The notes under the pieces: generated by a model
Databases searched by the model: none
Told to the model about the DNA's origin: nothing
Seen by the model: the letters and a program-made list of their open reading frames with translations, nothing else
Translations under genes and position numbers: made by a program
Part shown: piece by piece, positions 47,968 to 57,755 of the stretch
Numbering within the stretch: position 1 is the first letter of the stretch
Layout: the number at the start of each line of letters is the position of its first letter
Origin: an archaeon
Lineage (GTDB): Archaea; Nanobdellota; Nanobdellia; Pacearchaeales; GW2011-AR1
DNA: 64,000 nt
Assembly (NCBI GenBank): GCA_030605415.1
Contig: JAUWIJ010000001.1
Location: forward strand, 568-64,567
Direction: 5' to 3'

Positions 47968-48978
47968 TTATTCCGATATAAACTTCCTAATATTTTCTTT
48001 AAACTTCTCAATATCTTTTGTGAGAATCATTCCGCCTGCCGATGCTGGGTGTCCGCCAGCAGAACCATCCCCTAATCCTGCAACTCCCGCCCGTAGAAGT
48101 TCCGTCATATTTATTTTTTGAGAAGTATTTCTTGCGGATAGCCCGATGTGCTTGCCGTCACTTTTTGGAGTTGCAAAAATATATATTTGATTTTTATCCC
48201 GATAGCTAATTATTCCGCAGACCGGAGCTTTCACAGGAAAATGTGGTGCAAAATAATAAAAATCCACATCTCCCAATCTTTCTTTTTTGTCCTCATATTG
48301 CTCGACGAATTTTTGAACTTCTTTCTCAACCGATTCAGAGTATTTTTTCAACTTAGATATTTCTTCAATTGAATTAATTTGCCGTAAAATTTCGAAAGCC
48401 TTTTTAAAATCTTTATCAAAGTAGACCAAAAAGTTTGTGACAATACTTGTTGCATTTTGCTGAAACTCATCCAGTGTCATATTAAGTTTTTTTAAATGTT
48501 CGTCGATAAAGTCTTGATTTTCTGAATAAAGCTGCCCGGAATCAGTAACTGTTCCAATCAAAGCCAACCACGGTTTTAGCCCCGTTAATTCTCCTGCAGT
48601 TCGCGACGAAGGAATATATCCCTTACCTGTTGTCACTAACTCTAAAATTTCTTTTGGGATAGGAGTACCCCTCGGATGATGGTCAGAATATAAAACCTGC
48701 TTGTCTTTTATCAATTCAAATTCTTTCGCCATAAAATCTGGACCAAGGTCACAAACAATTATTTTGTTGAATTTTTCTAAATCAAAGTTTTTTAATTTTG
48801 ATTTACTGATAGAATAAGCAAAGTGCTCAGCTACCACCTCTTTATTTTTACACCAATCGTAATACAATATCCCAGCACAGAACCCATCCCCGTCATCGTG
48901 GTGAATAATCGCAACTTTGTCCTCGCTGATTATACTATCTAAAAATTCTTTTGCTTGACTAAATGTTATTTCTGGCAT
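47968..48978 (-). CDS. DHH/DHHA1 phosphoesterase (RecJ-like)
   Basis: HHDDGDG, SDHH, GGHPASAG. Confidence 0.88.
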   Translation of the reverse strand: MPEITFSQAKEFLDSIISEDKVAIIHHDDGDGFCAGILYYDWCKNKEVVAEHFAYSISKSKLKNFDLEKFNKIIVCDLGPDFMAKEFELIKDKQVLYSDHHPRGTPIPKEILELVTTGKGYIPSSRTAGELTGLKPWLALIGTVTDSGQLYSENQDFIDEHLKKLNMTLDEFQQNATSIVTNFLVYFDKDFKKAFEILRQINSIEEISKLKKYSESVEKEVQKFVEQYEDKKERLGDVDFYYFAPHFPVKAPVCGIISYRDKNQIYIFATPKSDGKHIGLSARNTSQKINMTELLRAGVAGLGDGSAGGHPASAGGMILTKDIEKFKENIRKFISE

Positions 48979-49079
48979 TTTAGATTAGATGGTTTTGGGT
49001 TGATAAAGGTTGTTATTTGGTTTTTAACAGTTATGATGGAAGACATAAATGTTTTTATACAAAAAATAATTTCAATTGA

Positions 49080-49547
49080 ATGGCAAATGAAAAATTAGAA
49101 GTATTAATTGAGTTATTTAGTGCTATGGAAAACGCGTTTCTGACTCGGTGTTACGAAGTTTATGATTTAGACTTTGAGGAAACATTAAAAACAGCATTAA
49201 AATCTGCGGAGAATTCAGGATTAAAATGGGGCGATTTCTATGATTTGCATGAACGACAACTGGGAGGATATAAACAAAAACAACGTTGCGCACTAATATA
49301 CAACGGATTAGAAGCTCAGGCACTTGAAAAAGAGAGTAAGGGAGCAGCGAAAATTGGTTCACCATCTAATTATTTTGAATTAGGCGCAAGTATGATATTA
49401 GGAGATGCTTATAGTCAATTATATAAAAAACGAGTGACAGAGATAGAAAATATGCAGATAACTAAAAAGTTTCCGGAAAACAAATTGATTAATTCGAAAG
49501 ATTTTTCAAAAGCCGAATCTTATTTCAAAAACAATTTAACTAAATAG
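49080..49547 (+). CDS. Hypothetical protein
   Basis: 155-aa ATG ORF after a TATA box. Confidence 0.55.
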   Translation: MANEKLEVLIELFSAMENAFLTRCYEVYDLDFEETLKTALKSAENSGLKWGDFYDLHERQLGGYKQKQRCALIYNGLEAQALEKESKGAAKIGSPSNYFELGASMILGDAYSQLYKKRVTEIENMQITKKFPENKLINSKDFSKAESYFKNNLTK

Positions 49548-49548
49548 T

Positions 49549-50973
49549 TCACTCAAAATCCTTCGCTAGTTTAAAAATTAATTCCTCTTGAAAATGTGGT
49601 GCCACAATTTGGAGTCCGACATCTTTGTTATCGAGTTTCCCTACTGGAATTGAGATTGCCGGGAGTCCTGCGATTGAAGCTGGCGTTGTGAAGACATCGT
49701 AAGCATACATATCTTTAACAGAGATTATCTCGCCAATTTTATGTGGAGTTCTCGGAACAGTTGGAAGAATTATAATATCGACCTCTTGGAAAATTTTTTC
49801 AAATTGTTGCTTGATAAAATTTCTTGCTTTTAGCGCCTCTCTATAATACTTCCCCTCGTGCTCGGCTTTCGTAATTTCGGAACCACCAATAATTCTTCTG
49901 ATGACTTCCGGACCCACAACTTCTTCAATTTTTTTTCCAAATCTTCGACCATCAAATTTTCGCGTTGCTGAGAAAAATTCGGTGTAAACAATTATATAAT
50001 AAGTTTGAATTGTAATATCTAACGGCAAATTTATTTTTTTAATTTTCCAATTATTTTGTTTTCCAATTTCTTTTGTTTTAGTTTCGATTAATTCTGCAAT
50101 TTCTTTCGGGCAAAAATCCTGAACATTCACCAATCCGATTACTCCCTTGTGCGGGTCTGAGGTCTGAGGTCTGAGTCGGCGTGCCCCAACCCATTTGAGT
50201 CTGCCCCAACCTGATTCTCTTTCATATTTGTGAGGGTATTCCCTTTTATCTGTGAGGGTATCTGAGGTCTGAGTCGTCTGGTCAAAGTTGTCTTGTCCTT
50301 TAATTATATTGAAAATTAATCTTGCGTCTTCCGGAGTTTGTGTTAACGGTCCGATGCAATCGAAAGACATTGTGTTATCTATTAGCCCGTATCGCGACAC
50401 CGCTCCATAAGTTGGTTTTAGTCCGACGATTCCGCAGTGCGATGCCGGATTTCGAATTGAACCACCAGTATCTGAACCTAACGAAAAATCGCAAAGTTCT
50501 GCAGCAACCGCCGCCGCTGAACCTGAGCTTGTCCCACCCGGAACTAATTCTGGATTTCTAGGATTTTTTGTTGGACCAAATGCCGACGTCTCTCCCGACG
50601 ACCCACAAGCGAACTCGTCCATGTTAACCATTCCTAAAATTATCGCATCCTCGGCTAAGAGTTTGTTTATTACCGTCGCATTATAAGGAGAAACATATCC
50701 TTCCAAAACTTTCGAGCCGCAATTTGTCTCAAGCTCTCTAACTGAAATATTTGATTTTACGGCGAAACATAAACCTGCTAGTTTTCCCGCCGTTCTCTTT
50801 TTTATTCGCTTATCTATTTCTTTTGCCTGCTCAATTGCGTTTTCATTCAAAGATAAAAAAATATTCAAGTCTTTTGTTTTTGGTGTTGCAATTTTTTTAG
50901 AAAAATTCATTAGGTTTTCAACTGCGGTTAGTTTTCCTGATTTGATTTGTTTGAGTTTATGTTTAAGTGTCAT
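49549..50973 (-). CDS. gatA: Amidotransferase subunit A with an in-frame repeat insertion
   Basis: NMDEFACGSS, PGGTSSGSAAAV, GSDTGGSIR, LKPTYG. Confidence 0.95.
   Translation of the reverse strand: MTLKHKLKQIKSGKLTAVENLMNFSKKIATPKTKDLNIFLSLNENAIEQAKEIDKRIKKRTAGKLAGLCFAVKSNISVRELETNCGSKVLEGYVSPYNATVINKLLAEDAIILGMVNMDEFACGSSGETSAFGPTKNPRNPELVPGGTSSGSAAAVAAELCDFSLGSDTGGSIRNPASHCGIVGLKPTYGAVSRYGLIDNTMSFDCIGPLTQTPEDARLIFNIIKGQDNFDQTTQTSDTLTDKREYPHKYERESGWGRLKWVGARRLRPQTSDPHKGVIGLVNVQDFCPKEIAELIETKTKEIGKQNNWKIKKINLPLDITIQTYYIIVYTEFFSATRKFDGRRFGKKIEEVVGPEVIRRIIGGSEITKAEHEGKYYREALKARNFIKQQFEKIFQEVDIIILPTVPRTPHKIGEIISVKDMYAYDVFTTPASIAGLPAISIPVGKLDNKDVGLQIVAPHFQEELIFKLAKDFE
50150..50278 (-). repeat. 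Composite repeat insert in gatA
   Basis: GACTCAGACCTCAGA at both ends; TACCCTCACA x2; GGTTGGGGCA x2. Confidence 0.8.
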
Positions 50974-51378
50974 TTAATATTCCTTCTCTATCAATGCTTT
51001 AACATTCGGAGAAACATTTCCCTTGCCCTGTTTAATTTCTTCTATACCAACCCATTTAATATCTTGACTAGGCGGTAAGGGCGTTATCTCCTCTTTGTTT
51101 TTTAGTTTAGCTAAATAATTAATCAAGATGATTGTCATCTTCTCTTTTGTCTTCGGGTTTTCATAAAGAATATGAGGCATTAGAGGGCGGATGATTTCGA
51201 CATCTGCATTAATTTCTTCCCTTGCTCTTCGCATACAACCATCTTCTAAACTTTCTCTTTCTTTTACCGTTCCTCCCGGAAGTTTGTAAAATGGATCTTT
51301 GTTATCTTTTACAACTAACAATTTGTTATCTTCAATAATTACAGGTCCTGATGCTACTATGAATTTCCCCTCAGGCAT
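50974..51378 (-). CDS. NUDIX hydrolase
   Basis: LPGGTVKERESLE...RRAREE (degenerate box). Confidence 0.75.
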   Translation of the reverse strand: MPEGKFIVASGPVIIEDNKLLVVKDNKDPFYKLPGGTVKERESLEDGCMRRAREEINADVEIIRPLMPHILYENPKTKEKMTIILINYLAKLKNKEEITPLPPSQDIKWVGIEEIKQGKGNVSPNVKALIEKEY

Positions 51379-51379
51379 T

Positions 51380-51652
51380 TTATTTCTTCCAGCCTCCCTT
51401 TTCTGCTACAATTGAATCATCCTCGACAAATGGTGCATTAGATAGCGTTATACTTCGAAACTCCGAGTCAGTATTCCAACCATCGCCTTCTTCCCGTGTT
51501 CCAGAGACGTTTTCTTCCTGTTCTTTAATCAATGTCGAAGTCTTAATCTTAGACAACTCGGACGCAAACTCGTTTAAAAGATTCTTAGATTCCTTCCTGA
51601 TTTCTTCCTTTTCTTTCTCGCTAACTTCGTGCCAGAGTGAATTATTTGTCAT
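51380..51652 (-). CDS. gatC: Amidotransferase subunit C-like protein
   Basis: Size, TREE...NAP..ED motif, position upstream of gatA. Confidence 0.6.
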   Translation of the reverse strand: MTNNSLWHEVSEKEKEEIRKESKNLLNEFASELSKIKTSTLIKEQEENVSGTREEGDGWNTDSEFRSITLSNAPFVEDDSIVAEKGGWKK

Positions 51653-51700
51653 ATATATAGTTAGAGGGAGAGTTTATAAATTTGGGGTTATTATAATATC

Positions 51701-52048
51701 ATGGACGATTGTATTTTTTGTAAGATTGTGGCGGGGGAAATTCCGAGCGAGAAAGTTTTAGAAAGTGAAAATTTTATTGTGGTTAAAGATGCTTTTCCTA
51801 AACTTAACGGACATTCACTCGTAATTTCCAAAAAACATTATGATAGTTTTCTGGATATGCCATCGGAATTGTATGAAGAGTTATTGAAGACAAGTAAGGA
51901 GGCGACTTTAAAAATTGTTAAAGAAGTTGGAGCAGAGGGATTTAATCTTGTCGTAAATAACGGAAGAGTTGCCGGGCAAATTGTTCCACATGTTCACTGG
52001 CATATTTTACCAAGAAAAAAGGACGACGGTTTTGAGTTTGGGGTTTAA
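51701..52048 (+). CDS. HIT family hydrolase
   Basis: DCIFCKI; GQIVPHVHWH. Confidence 0.92.
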   Translation: MDDCIFCKIVAGEIPSEKVLESENFIVVKDAFPKLNGHSLVISKKHYDSFLDMPSELYEELLKTSKEATLKIVKEVGAEGFNLVVNNGRVAGQIVPHVHWHILPRKKDDGFEFGV

Positions 52049-53331
52049 GGAATAATTCTATCTCTATCTCTCGGAAACATACAAGCTTCCCGAATATTTG
52101 ATATATCTAAAAGAACTTGTGTAAATCTTTCTATGCCAATAGACCAGCCCGCGTGAGGCGGAGCACCAAATCTGAAACTATTAATGTAAGATTTAAAATC
52201 TTTTAGATTTAGCTTATTAGCTTTCAATCTTTTTTCTAACAACTCAGGAATATGAATCCTCTGTCCACCAGAGCTAATTTCCATCCCCTTGTAAATAGCA
52301 TCAAAACCTTCACTTAATTCCGCATCGGCTTTCTCATCTTTTGGCATAATATAAAATGGCTTCCCCGCCATTGGCCAATCGTAAACAAAAATAAGCGTAT
52401 CAGAATATAATTCACTAAGCTTCTTTTCAGCCTCGCCAGTCAAATCATCATCTCTAATTTTAATTTTGTTTTTATCCATCAAACTCTTTGCCTCCGCAAA
52501 AGTCAGATATTTAACTTTAGGAATTTTTAAGTTGACATTAAGTATTTCCAAATCTTCTTTATTCTTTTTAATGACCTGCTCAACAATATATTTAACGGAG
52601 TCCTCCATTTCTTTCATAACAATTTTAGAATCGGCAAACGCCATTTCGATATCCATCTGTCTGCACTCGTTGAGATGTCTGACCGTATTATGTTTTTCTG
52701 CTCTCCAAACTGGAGTAATTGTAACCATATTTTCCATCGAGCACGCAATCATTTGTTTATACAACTGAGGAGACTGTGCAAGAAAAACATCCTTTTCAAA
52801 ATATTTTGCTTTGAATAATTCTGTTCCGCCCTCGGAGCTGGAGCTAATTATTGAGGGAGGATGAGCATAAACAAAACCCTTGTTTGTAAAATATTCAATG
52901 AATGAACTTCCAACCGTGGACTGTATTTTGAAAATTGCCTGTGTTCTTTGAGAGTGTAAATCAACAGCCCGATTATCCAACCTCAAAGGCAGTTCCGTCT
53001 TTGAATAATCCGAAGTATCAATCGGCAACGGATTTATCGCTTCTGCAATTACCGTTATAGATTCTGGCAAAATTTCTTTCCCGCCGGGTGCCTGTTTGCA
53101 CTCTTTCAATTCTCCAATAACTTCCACAACCGACTCCCTGTTTAAATTATCTAACAACTCAAAAGTTTCGGGATTTGTTTTGCCATCAATTCCAGTTATC
53201 TGAATTCGCCCCGAAATATCTTTAAGAATCAAAAATCTCACTTTTTTCAAATCCCGAGTTTCATGCACCCATCCCTTAACCAAAACCTTCCCGCTTTTCT
53301 CAAACGAATCTTTAATCATTGTTCTTTCCAT
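52045..53331 (-). CDS. aspS: Aspartate-tRNA ligase, probably non-discriminating
   Basis: GWVH and APGG anticodon-domain signatures, LAQSPQLYKQ, RAE.H..RHLNE, FPRD. Confidence 0.93.
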   Translation of the reverse strand: MERTMIKDSFEKSGKVLVKGWVHETRDLKKVRFLILKDISGRIQITGIDGKTNPETFELLDNLNRESVVEVIGELKECKQAPGGKEILPESITVIAEAINPLPIDTSDYSKTELPLRLDNRAVDLHSQRTQAIFKIQSTVGSSFIEYFTNKGFVYAHPPSIISSSSEGGTELFKAKYFEKDVFLAQSPQLYKQMIACSMENMVTITPVWRAEKHNTVRHLNECRQMDIEMAFADSKIVMKEMEDSVKYIVEQVIKKNKEDLEILNVNLKIPKVKYLTFAEAKSLMDKNKIKIRDDDLTGEAEKKLSELYSDTLIFVYDWPMAGKPFYIMPKDEKADAELSEGFDAIYKGMEISSGGQRIHIPELLEKRLKANKLNLKDFKSYINSFRFGAPPHAGWSIGIERFTQVLLDISNIREACMFPRDRDRIIP

Positions 53332-53434
53332 ATTGGATGGAAGTTATGAGGTTTTTTAAGTTTGTTGGCTTGTTGTGGGATTTAATATATTGAAGTATAA
53401 CAATTTTTATAAAGTGAGTTTAGTTTTTTAAGAG

Positions 53435-53659
53435 ATGGAAGATGCGGGAAATGAATGTTCTTCAGAGGAAAGAATTTTACGGAGAGTTGGATTCGATTTT
53501 ATGACTAATCGTCCAATGTATGGAGCATATAGCATTAAATCTTTTGATAAGGGCAGGTTGTGTTCTTTAGAAAGGATGTATAGGAAAACTAACAAGGAGA
53601 AATCTATTACGAGTTTTGGTAAGGTTTTTCCTAGATATGTAAATCATTATCGAGATTAA
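53435..53659 (+). CDS. Hypothetical protein
   Basis: 74-aa ORF after a TATA box. Confidence 0.4.
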   Translation: MEDAGNECSSEERILRRVGFDFMTNRPMYGAYSIKSFDKGRLCSLERMYRKTNKEKSITSFGKVFPRYVNHYRD

Positions 53660-53714
53660 TTAAAATCCTGAAGTTGATAAGCAAGTTTTTAAACTAAAAA
53701 GTTTTTGAGGTGTT

Positions 53715-53951
53715 ATGGACGTTGATAATTTAGAGAACGCAATTAATTCCGCAAAAAATCCCGATGACAAAACCGTCGAAGAGAATAAAACTCCAGAGAT
53801 GTCGCAAGAGCAGGAAATCGGTTTTCATAAAGGAGCTTTGAATACGTTGGTTGCCGAGAGGACGGAGCTGGTTAAAATGGTTGGAAATATCGAAGCAATA
53901 ATGCAGGCACATATTAAAAGATTAAAAGAGTTGGGAGTTGATATCAAATAA
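53715..53951 (+). CDS. Hypothetical coiled-coil protein
   Basis: GAGGTG SD; EIGFHKGALNTL..ER.EL helical pattern. Confidence 0.65.
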   Translation: MDVDNLENAINSAKNPDDKTVEENKTPEMSQEQEIGFHKGALNTLVAERTELVKMVGNIEAIMQAHIKRLKELGVDIK

Positions 53952-54112
53952 TGGAAGTGCGAAAAAGGAGTTTAATTCTCGCCGGAATTGGTGCTGCCAT
54001 TGGTGGTGCTTTGGGTGCAGTTTGCGGTTCAAATAGCTGGGTTGTCGTCGCTGTTGTTTCCGCCGTGTTTGCTATCTTAACAGTTTGGGGATTAGAAGGG
54101 ACGATTAACTAA
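53951..54112 (+). CDS. Small glycine-zipper membrane protein, 53 aa (not in the ORF track)
   Basis: MEVRKRSLILAGIGAAIGGALGAVCG...; TAATG coupling to the upstream gene. Confidence 0.6.
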   Translation: MEVRKRSLILAGIGAAIGGALGAVCGSNSWVVVAVVSAVFAILTVWGLEGTIN

Positions 54113-55725
54113 CCACACAATTCCCTCAAAACTTCACTTACTTCTTTCCCAGAAACCTGACCCTTGAATTTTCCCATAACTAATCCCATATAAGCTCCCT
54201 GAGATAATCCCGGTTTTTCTCTAATCAACTTCTCAACTTCTTCTTTCAAATTAATATCAGACTTTTCCATTGCTTCATCCAAAGACATTCCCTGCGCAAT
54301 TTTTTGCATTACCGTTTTCACATCGTTGCTCGAAATGTTTTTACCGACGTGTTCGAGAATCGCCTCAAGAGTGTGAGCATTAAAAATTTCCTCAAGTTCC
54401 CCTTTGGACTTATTTTCCTTTTTCCCAATCTCAGTTTGAAACAGCGTTAAGGATTTTGCGATTAGTTCGTAATTAGAAATTGTTTTAGCGAGAACTTTAA
54501 AATCTTCTACCTTGTTTCGTTTCAAAACCAGTTTCATCAATTCATCATTAAGACCAAATTCGCTCAGATAAGATTTATGTTCGGATGCAAGTTTCGGCAG
54601 ATTCTTTCTCGTTTTGTTAATTAGTTCTCTTGATATTTTCAGGAGCGGAACGTCGGTTTCGGGATACATCCGCGCAGCACCAGGCATTGGTCGGAGGAAT
54701 TCCGTTGTTCCGTCGGGAAGAGCATTTCGAACTTCATTTTTGCAAGATTTTTCTTTAATACGTTTCTGTTGCCTTGCGATTTCCATATCTATAGTTTTTA
54801 TCATCATCTTCGTATCCTGAAAACCCTTAATCTCAACTCGCTTACTTTCCTTAATCGAAATATTAACATCCTGACGAATCGTCCCAATTCCCCGCTTAAT
54901 TTTACATGCCCGCAAAATTTCCCCAATTTTCAAAGCCGCCTCTTTAATTTCTTCCGGCGTATGCATATGAGGACCCGTCGCAATTTCAACCAACGGAATT
55001 CCCAACCTGTCTAACTTGTAAGTTGTAGTTTCTTCATCTCTGGCAACCACTCGCGCAGAATCCTCTTCGAGCATTATCGCATCAATCGGAATTTTCCCCG
55101 ACGAGATTTCAATGTATCCGTCGTGAGCAATCAATACCGTTCGCTGAAACCCCGTTGTATTTGAACCATCAATCACAGTCTTACGCATGACCTGAGCGAC
55201 CGGAAATATTTTACAATTTAAAAGATGCGAAATCTGCAATGCAATTTTCAGAGCTTCCCGATTTATTGAATGTGGTGGTTCCTCGTCAATTTCAACAAGA
55301 CAATTTGTGTCATAAACCTGATAGATAAATTTCTTGTTTTGCAATTTTTCGTGAGCAACCGCTACATCAATTTTACCCGTTTCACCGACGACAGGATTCA
55401 ACGTTCTCTGGATTTCATACTGTGGCTTATCATTCCGCAAAAGACTTGGGCAGTCACAAAAAAGTTTATGCGTGTCCAACTGCTGATGAATTTCCAGCCC
55501 CGATTTCAATCCAACTTTTTTATAGTCGTAAACTGTGGGGGCTGAGGTTGTTTCACTTCCAGAACTGAGACCGCTCCGCTCTGAGAACTTAGACCGCTTT
55601 GCTCTTAGAGATTCTTCCGCTTTCCCGTCCCTGCCCCCGTCGGTTTCCCCTTCTGAGTTCTGAGTACCGAGTTCTGAGTTCTGGACTTCCCGTCCACCGA
55701 GTTCTGAATTCTTGTCGGATTTCAT
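54109..55725 (-). CDS. gatE: Glu-tRNA(Gln) amidotransferase subunit E with a repeat-derived N-terminal extension
   Basis: GLEIHQQL, DEEPPH, IDGSNTTGFQRT, LDRLGIPLVEI, RMYPETD. Confidence 0.95.
   Translation of the reverse strand: MKSDKNSELGGREVQNSELGTQNSEGETDGGRDGKAEESLRAKRSKFSERSGLSSGSETTSAPTVYDYKKVGLKSGLEIHQQLDTHKLFCDCPSLLRNDKPQYEIQRTLNPVVGETGKIDVAVAHEKLQNKKFIYQVYDTNCLVEIDEEPPHSINREALKIALQISHLLNCKIFPVAQVMRKTVIDGSNTTGFQRTVLIAHDGYIEISSGKIPIDAIMLEEDSARVVARDEETTTYKLDRLGIPLVEIATGPHMHTPEEIKEAALKIGEILRACKIKRGIGTIRQDVNISIKESKRVEIKGFQDTKMMIKTIDMEIARQQKRIKEKSCKNEVRNALPDGTTEFLRPMPGAARMYPETDVPLLKISRELINKTRKNLPKLASEHKSYLSEFGLNDELMKLVLKRNKVEDFKVLAKTISNYELIAKSLTLFQTEIGKKENKSKGELEEIFNAHTLEAILEHVGKNISSNDVKTVMQKIAQGMSLDEAMEKSDINLKEEVEKLIREKPGLSQGAYMGLVMGKFKGQVSGKEVSEVLRELCG
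55540..55710 (-). repeat. AGAACTC-family element within the gatE 5' coding region
   Basis: AGAACTCGGTGGAC.GGAAGTCCAG, AACCGACGGGG and GAGTGAAAC.ACCTC-like blocks shared with 35487-35780. Confidence 0.85.
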
Positions 55726-55791
55726 AGTAAAGAGAATATGATAAGGTTTAAATAATCTTTCTTCGTGTCTTAATCAAGAAAGGAGGTAAGA

Positions 55792-56055
55792 ATGAAATTA
55801 ACAAAAATTGATTATAAATCGGCTGCGTTTTTTGGAGCACTTGCTTTAGTGATGTATCTGCCTTTCGGTTTGCTTATGTGGAGTTCACGAGACGTTTTAT
55901 TGGCTCAGGGAGTTTCCATAACAGCAGTTCAGACATTTATTATTGCACCAATCCAGTCTGGTATCATAGGATGTTTAATTACGCTGATTGCGATTCTGGT
56001 CTACAATTTTGTGGCGAAAAAATATCCGATTTCTTGGGAAGTAGATAAGAAGTAA
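55792..56055 (+). CDS. Small membrane protein (2 TM)
   Basis: GGAGGT SD; two hydrophobic helices. Confidence 0.65.
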   Translation: MKLTKIDYKSAAFFGALALVMYLPFGLLMWSSRDVLLAQGVSITAVQTFIIAPIQSGIIGCLITLIAILVYNFVAKKYPISWEVDKK

Positions 56056-56129
56056 TTTTTATATCCTCTTTAATTTCTATAGGATTTAATTTTTGAAAGA
56101 TTTATATAGTTTGCTTTTTATTTCTTTTT

Positions 56130-57755
56130 ATGAACAAGAGAGGAATTTCATTAGTTGTGGCATCGGTTTTGTTGATTTTAATGGTTGTTGTTTTGATTGC
56201 TCTTTTATGGCTTTTTCTTTTGCCCTACTTACAAAAGATTGATCTCGAACAGGATACTGGTATTTTAATAAATTTTGCAGAGGGATACACTTGTTACGAT
56301 GCCAGTAATAATGTTTCTATGGTTCAAATTACCAGAGGGGCGAGTGACACGAATCTTTCTGGTTTGAATGTAGTTTTTTTGAAGGATGGAAACAGTCATA
56401 GTTTTTATCCTGACTCTTTAGACCCCAATTCAAAAAAAGTTTTCACATTCGAAATTCCTGGGGAGATAGATGAAGTTCGAGTTGCACCAATTTTTTTAAA
56501 GGGCGGAAAAGAAGTTTTGGGAGATTTTTCTTCTTCGGGTAAAATTTTTCCATGCAGTAATACTATAACTGTTGCCGATTTACTGTACGAGGATTGTGGG
56601 AATGGGAAGATAGATGATGGCGAAGAATGTGGGGAACCAGGGTTGCCTGAATGTGAATCCGGTAAGAACTGCGAGGGATGTAAGTGTAAAGTAGCGAACT
56701 GTGAGGAATGTACCAGTTGGCAAGATAGTGATTGCGGAGAAGGAGAATGCGCATTAAATCAGATGTATCAGACATGCAATACTCCCCCAGAATGTTCTAT
56801 GGAAACAAGATGTATTGATCATTCTAATTGTTCTTGTAATATTTTATTAAGTCCGGGAACCAATGTTATTTACAATGAAATTTTGAATGTTCCCGATAGT
56901 TCGGAATTAGGATATAATCAATATACGATTTGTTTAAATCCAGGAAATTATTTTGAAAGTTTATTGGGAAGCAATGGTATTTCTAATAAGAGCGGAATTA
57001 GTTTAATAGGTTATAGTGGAAGACCTAAGATTGATTTAATGGAGGAATTAGGGATAAAGTTGATTAATTCTTCGTATATGATTTTAGATAATTTGGAAAT
57101 ATTTAATACCTCAAATCATGGAGTTTATATGTTTAGCGGTTCTAATAATATTCTTAATAATTCTATTATTCATGACACCGGAAATGATGCAATAACTATT
57201 GAACAGGGAGAGAATCATTTGATTAGTTATAATACTGTTTATAATAGCGATGATTCTGCGATTTATGTGAGAAACGGAGAACCAAAAAATGTTGTTTTTA
57301 AGAATAATTATCTTTGGAAAGGAATTGGATTGCAGTATTCAAATGGGATTATTTATATTTCTTCTGATAATATTATTATAGATTATTATTGTAATTATAT
57401 GAATGCTTCTGACGAGGCTGGCGGAGGTTTTGCTGCTGCGATAGGAGTCCACAGAACAGATAATTTACATCTTAATTTTTCTTATAATTATATTGATGAA
57501 AAAATTTCTTATGATGAAACAACTACTAATCTTTATTGGGAAGATTTGTCTGGCTCTTGTGTTCATGGAAATAAAACAGTAATTATTTCCAATTGTTCTG
57601 GAAGTGCTACAATTGGAACATTTATATTTGAAAATAATTATTGTAACGAATTTAATAATCCGGCTTATTGTGATTTTTCTGCGGATAGTGGTAATTATGC
57701 TTCATGGAAGACAGTTTGCGGACACGTTGGAGCTTATGATATGGACTATTCTTAA
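56130..57755 (+). CDS. Type IV pilin-like protein with a Cys-rich linker and a right-handed beta-helix
   Basis: Class III signal KRG|ISLVV; CGNG..DDGEEC; Asn/Ile-rich PbH1-like repeats. Confidence 0.7.
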   Translation: MNKRGISLVVASVLLILMVVVLIALLWLFLLPYLQKIDLEQDTGILINFAEGYTCYDASNNVSMVQITRGASDTNLSGLNVVFLKDGNSHSFYPDSLDPNSKKVFTFEIPGEIDEVRVAPIFLKGGKEVLGDFSSSGKIFPCSNTITVADLLYEDCGNGKIDDGEECGEPGLPECESGKNCEGCKCKVANCEECTSWQDSDCGEGECALNQMYQTCNTPPECSMETRCIDHSNCSCNILLSPGTNVIYNEILNVPDSSELGYNQYTICLNPGNYFESLLGSNGISNKSGISLIGYSGRPKIDLMEELGIKLINSSYMILDNLEIFNTSNHGVYMFSGSNNILNNSIIHDTGNDAITIEQGENHLISYNTVYNSDDSAIYVRNGEPKNVVFKNNYLWKGIGLQYSNGIIYISSDNIIIDYYCNYMNASDEAGGGFAAAIGVHRTDNLHLNFSYNYIDEKISYDETTTNLYWEDLSGSCVHGNKTVIISNCSGSATIGTFIFENNYCNEFNNPAYCDFSADSGNYASWKTVCGHVGAYDMDYS

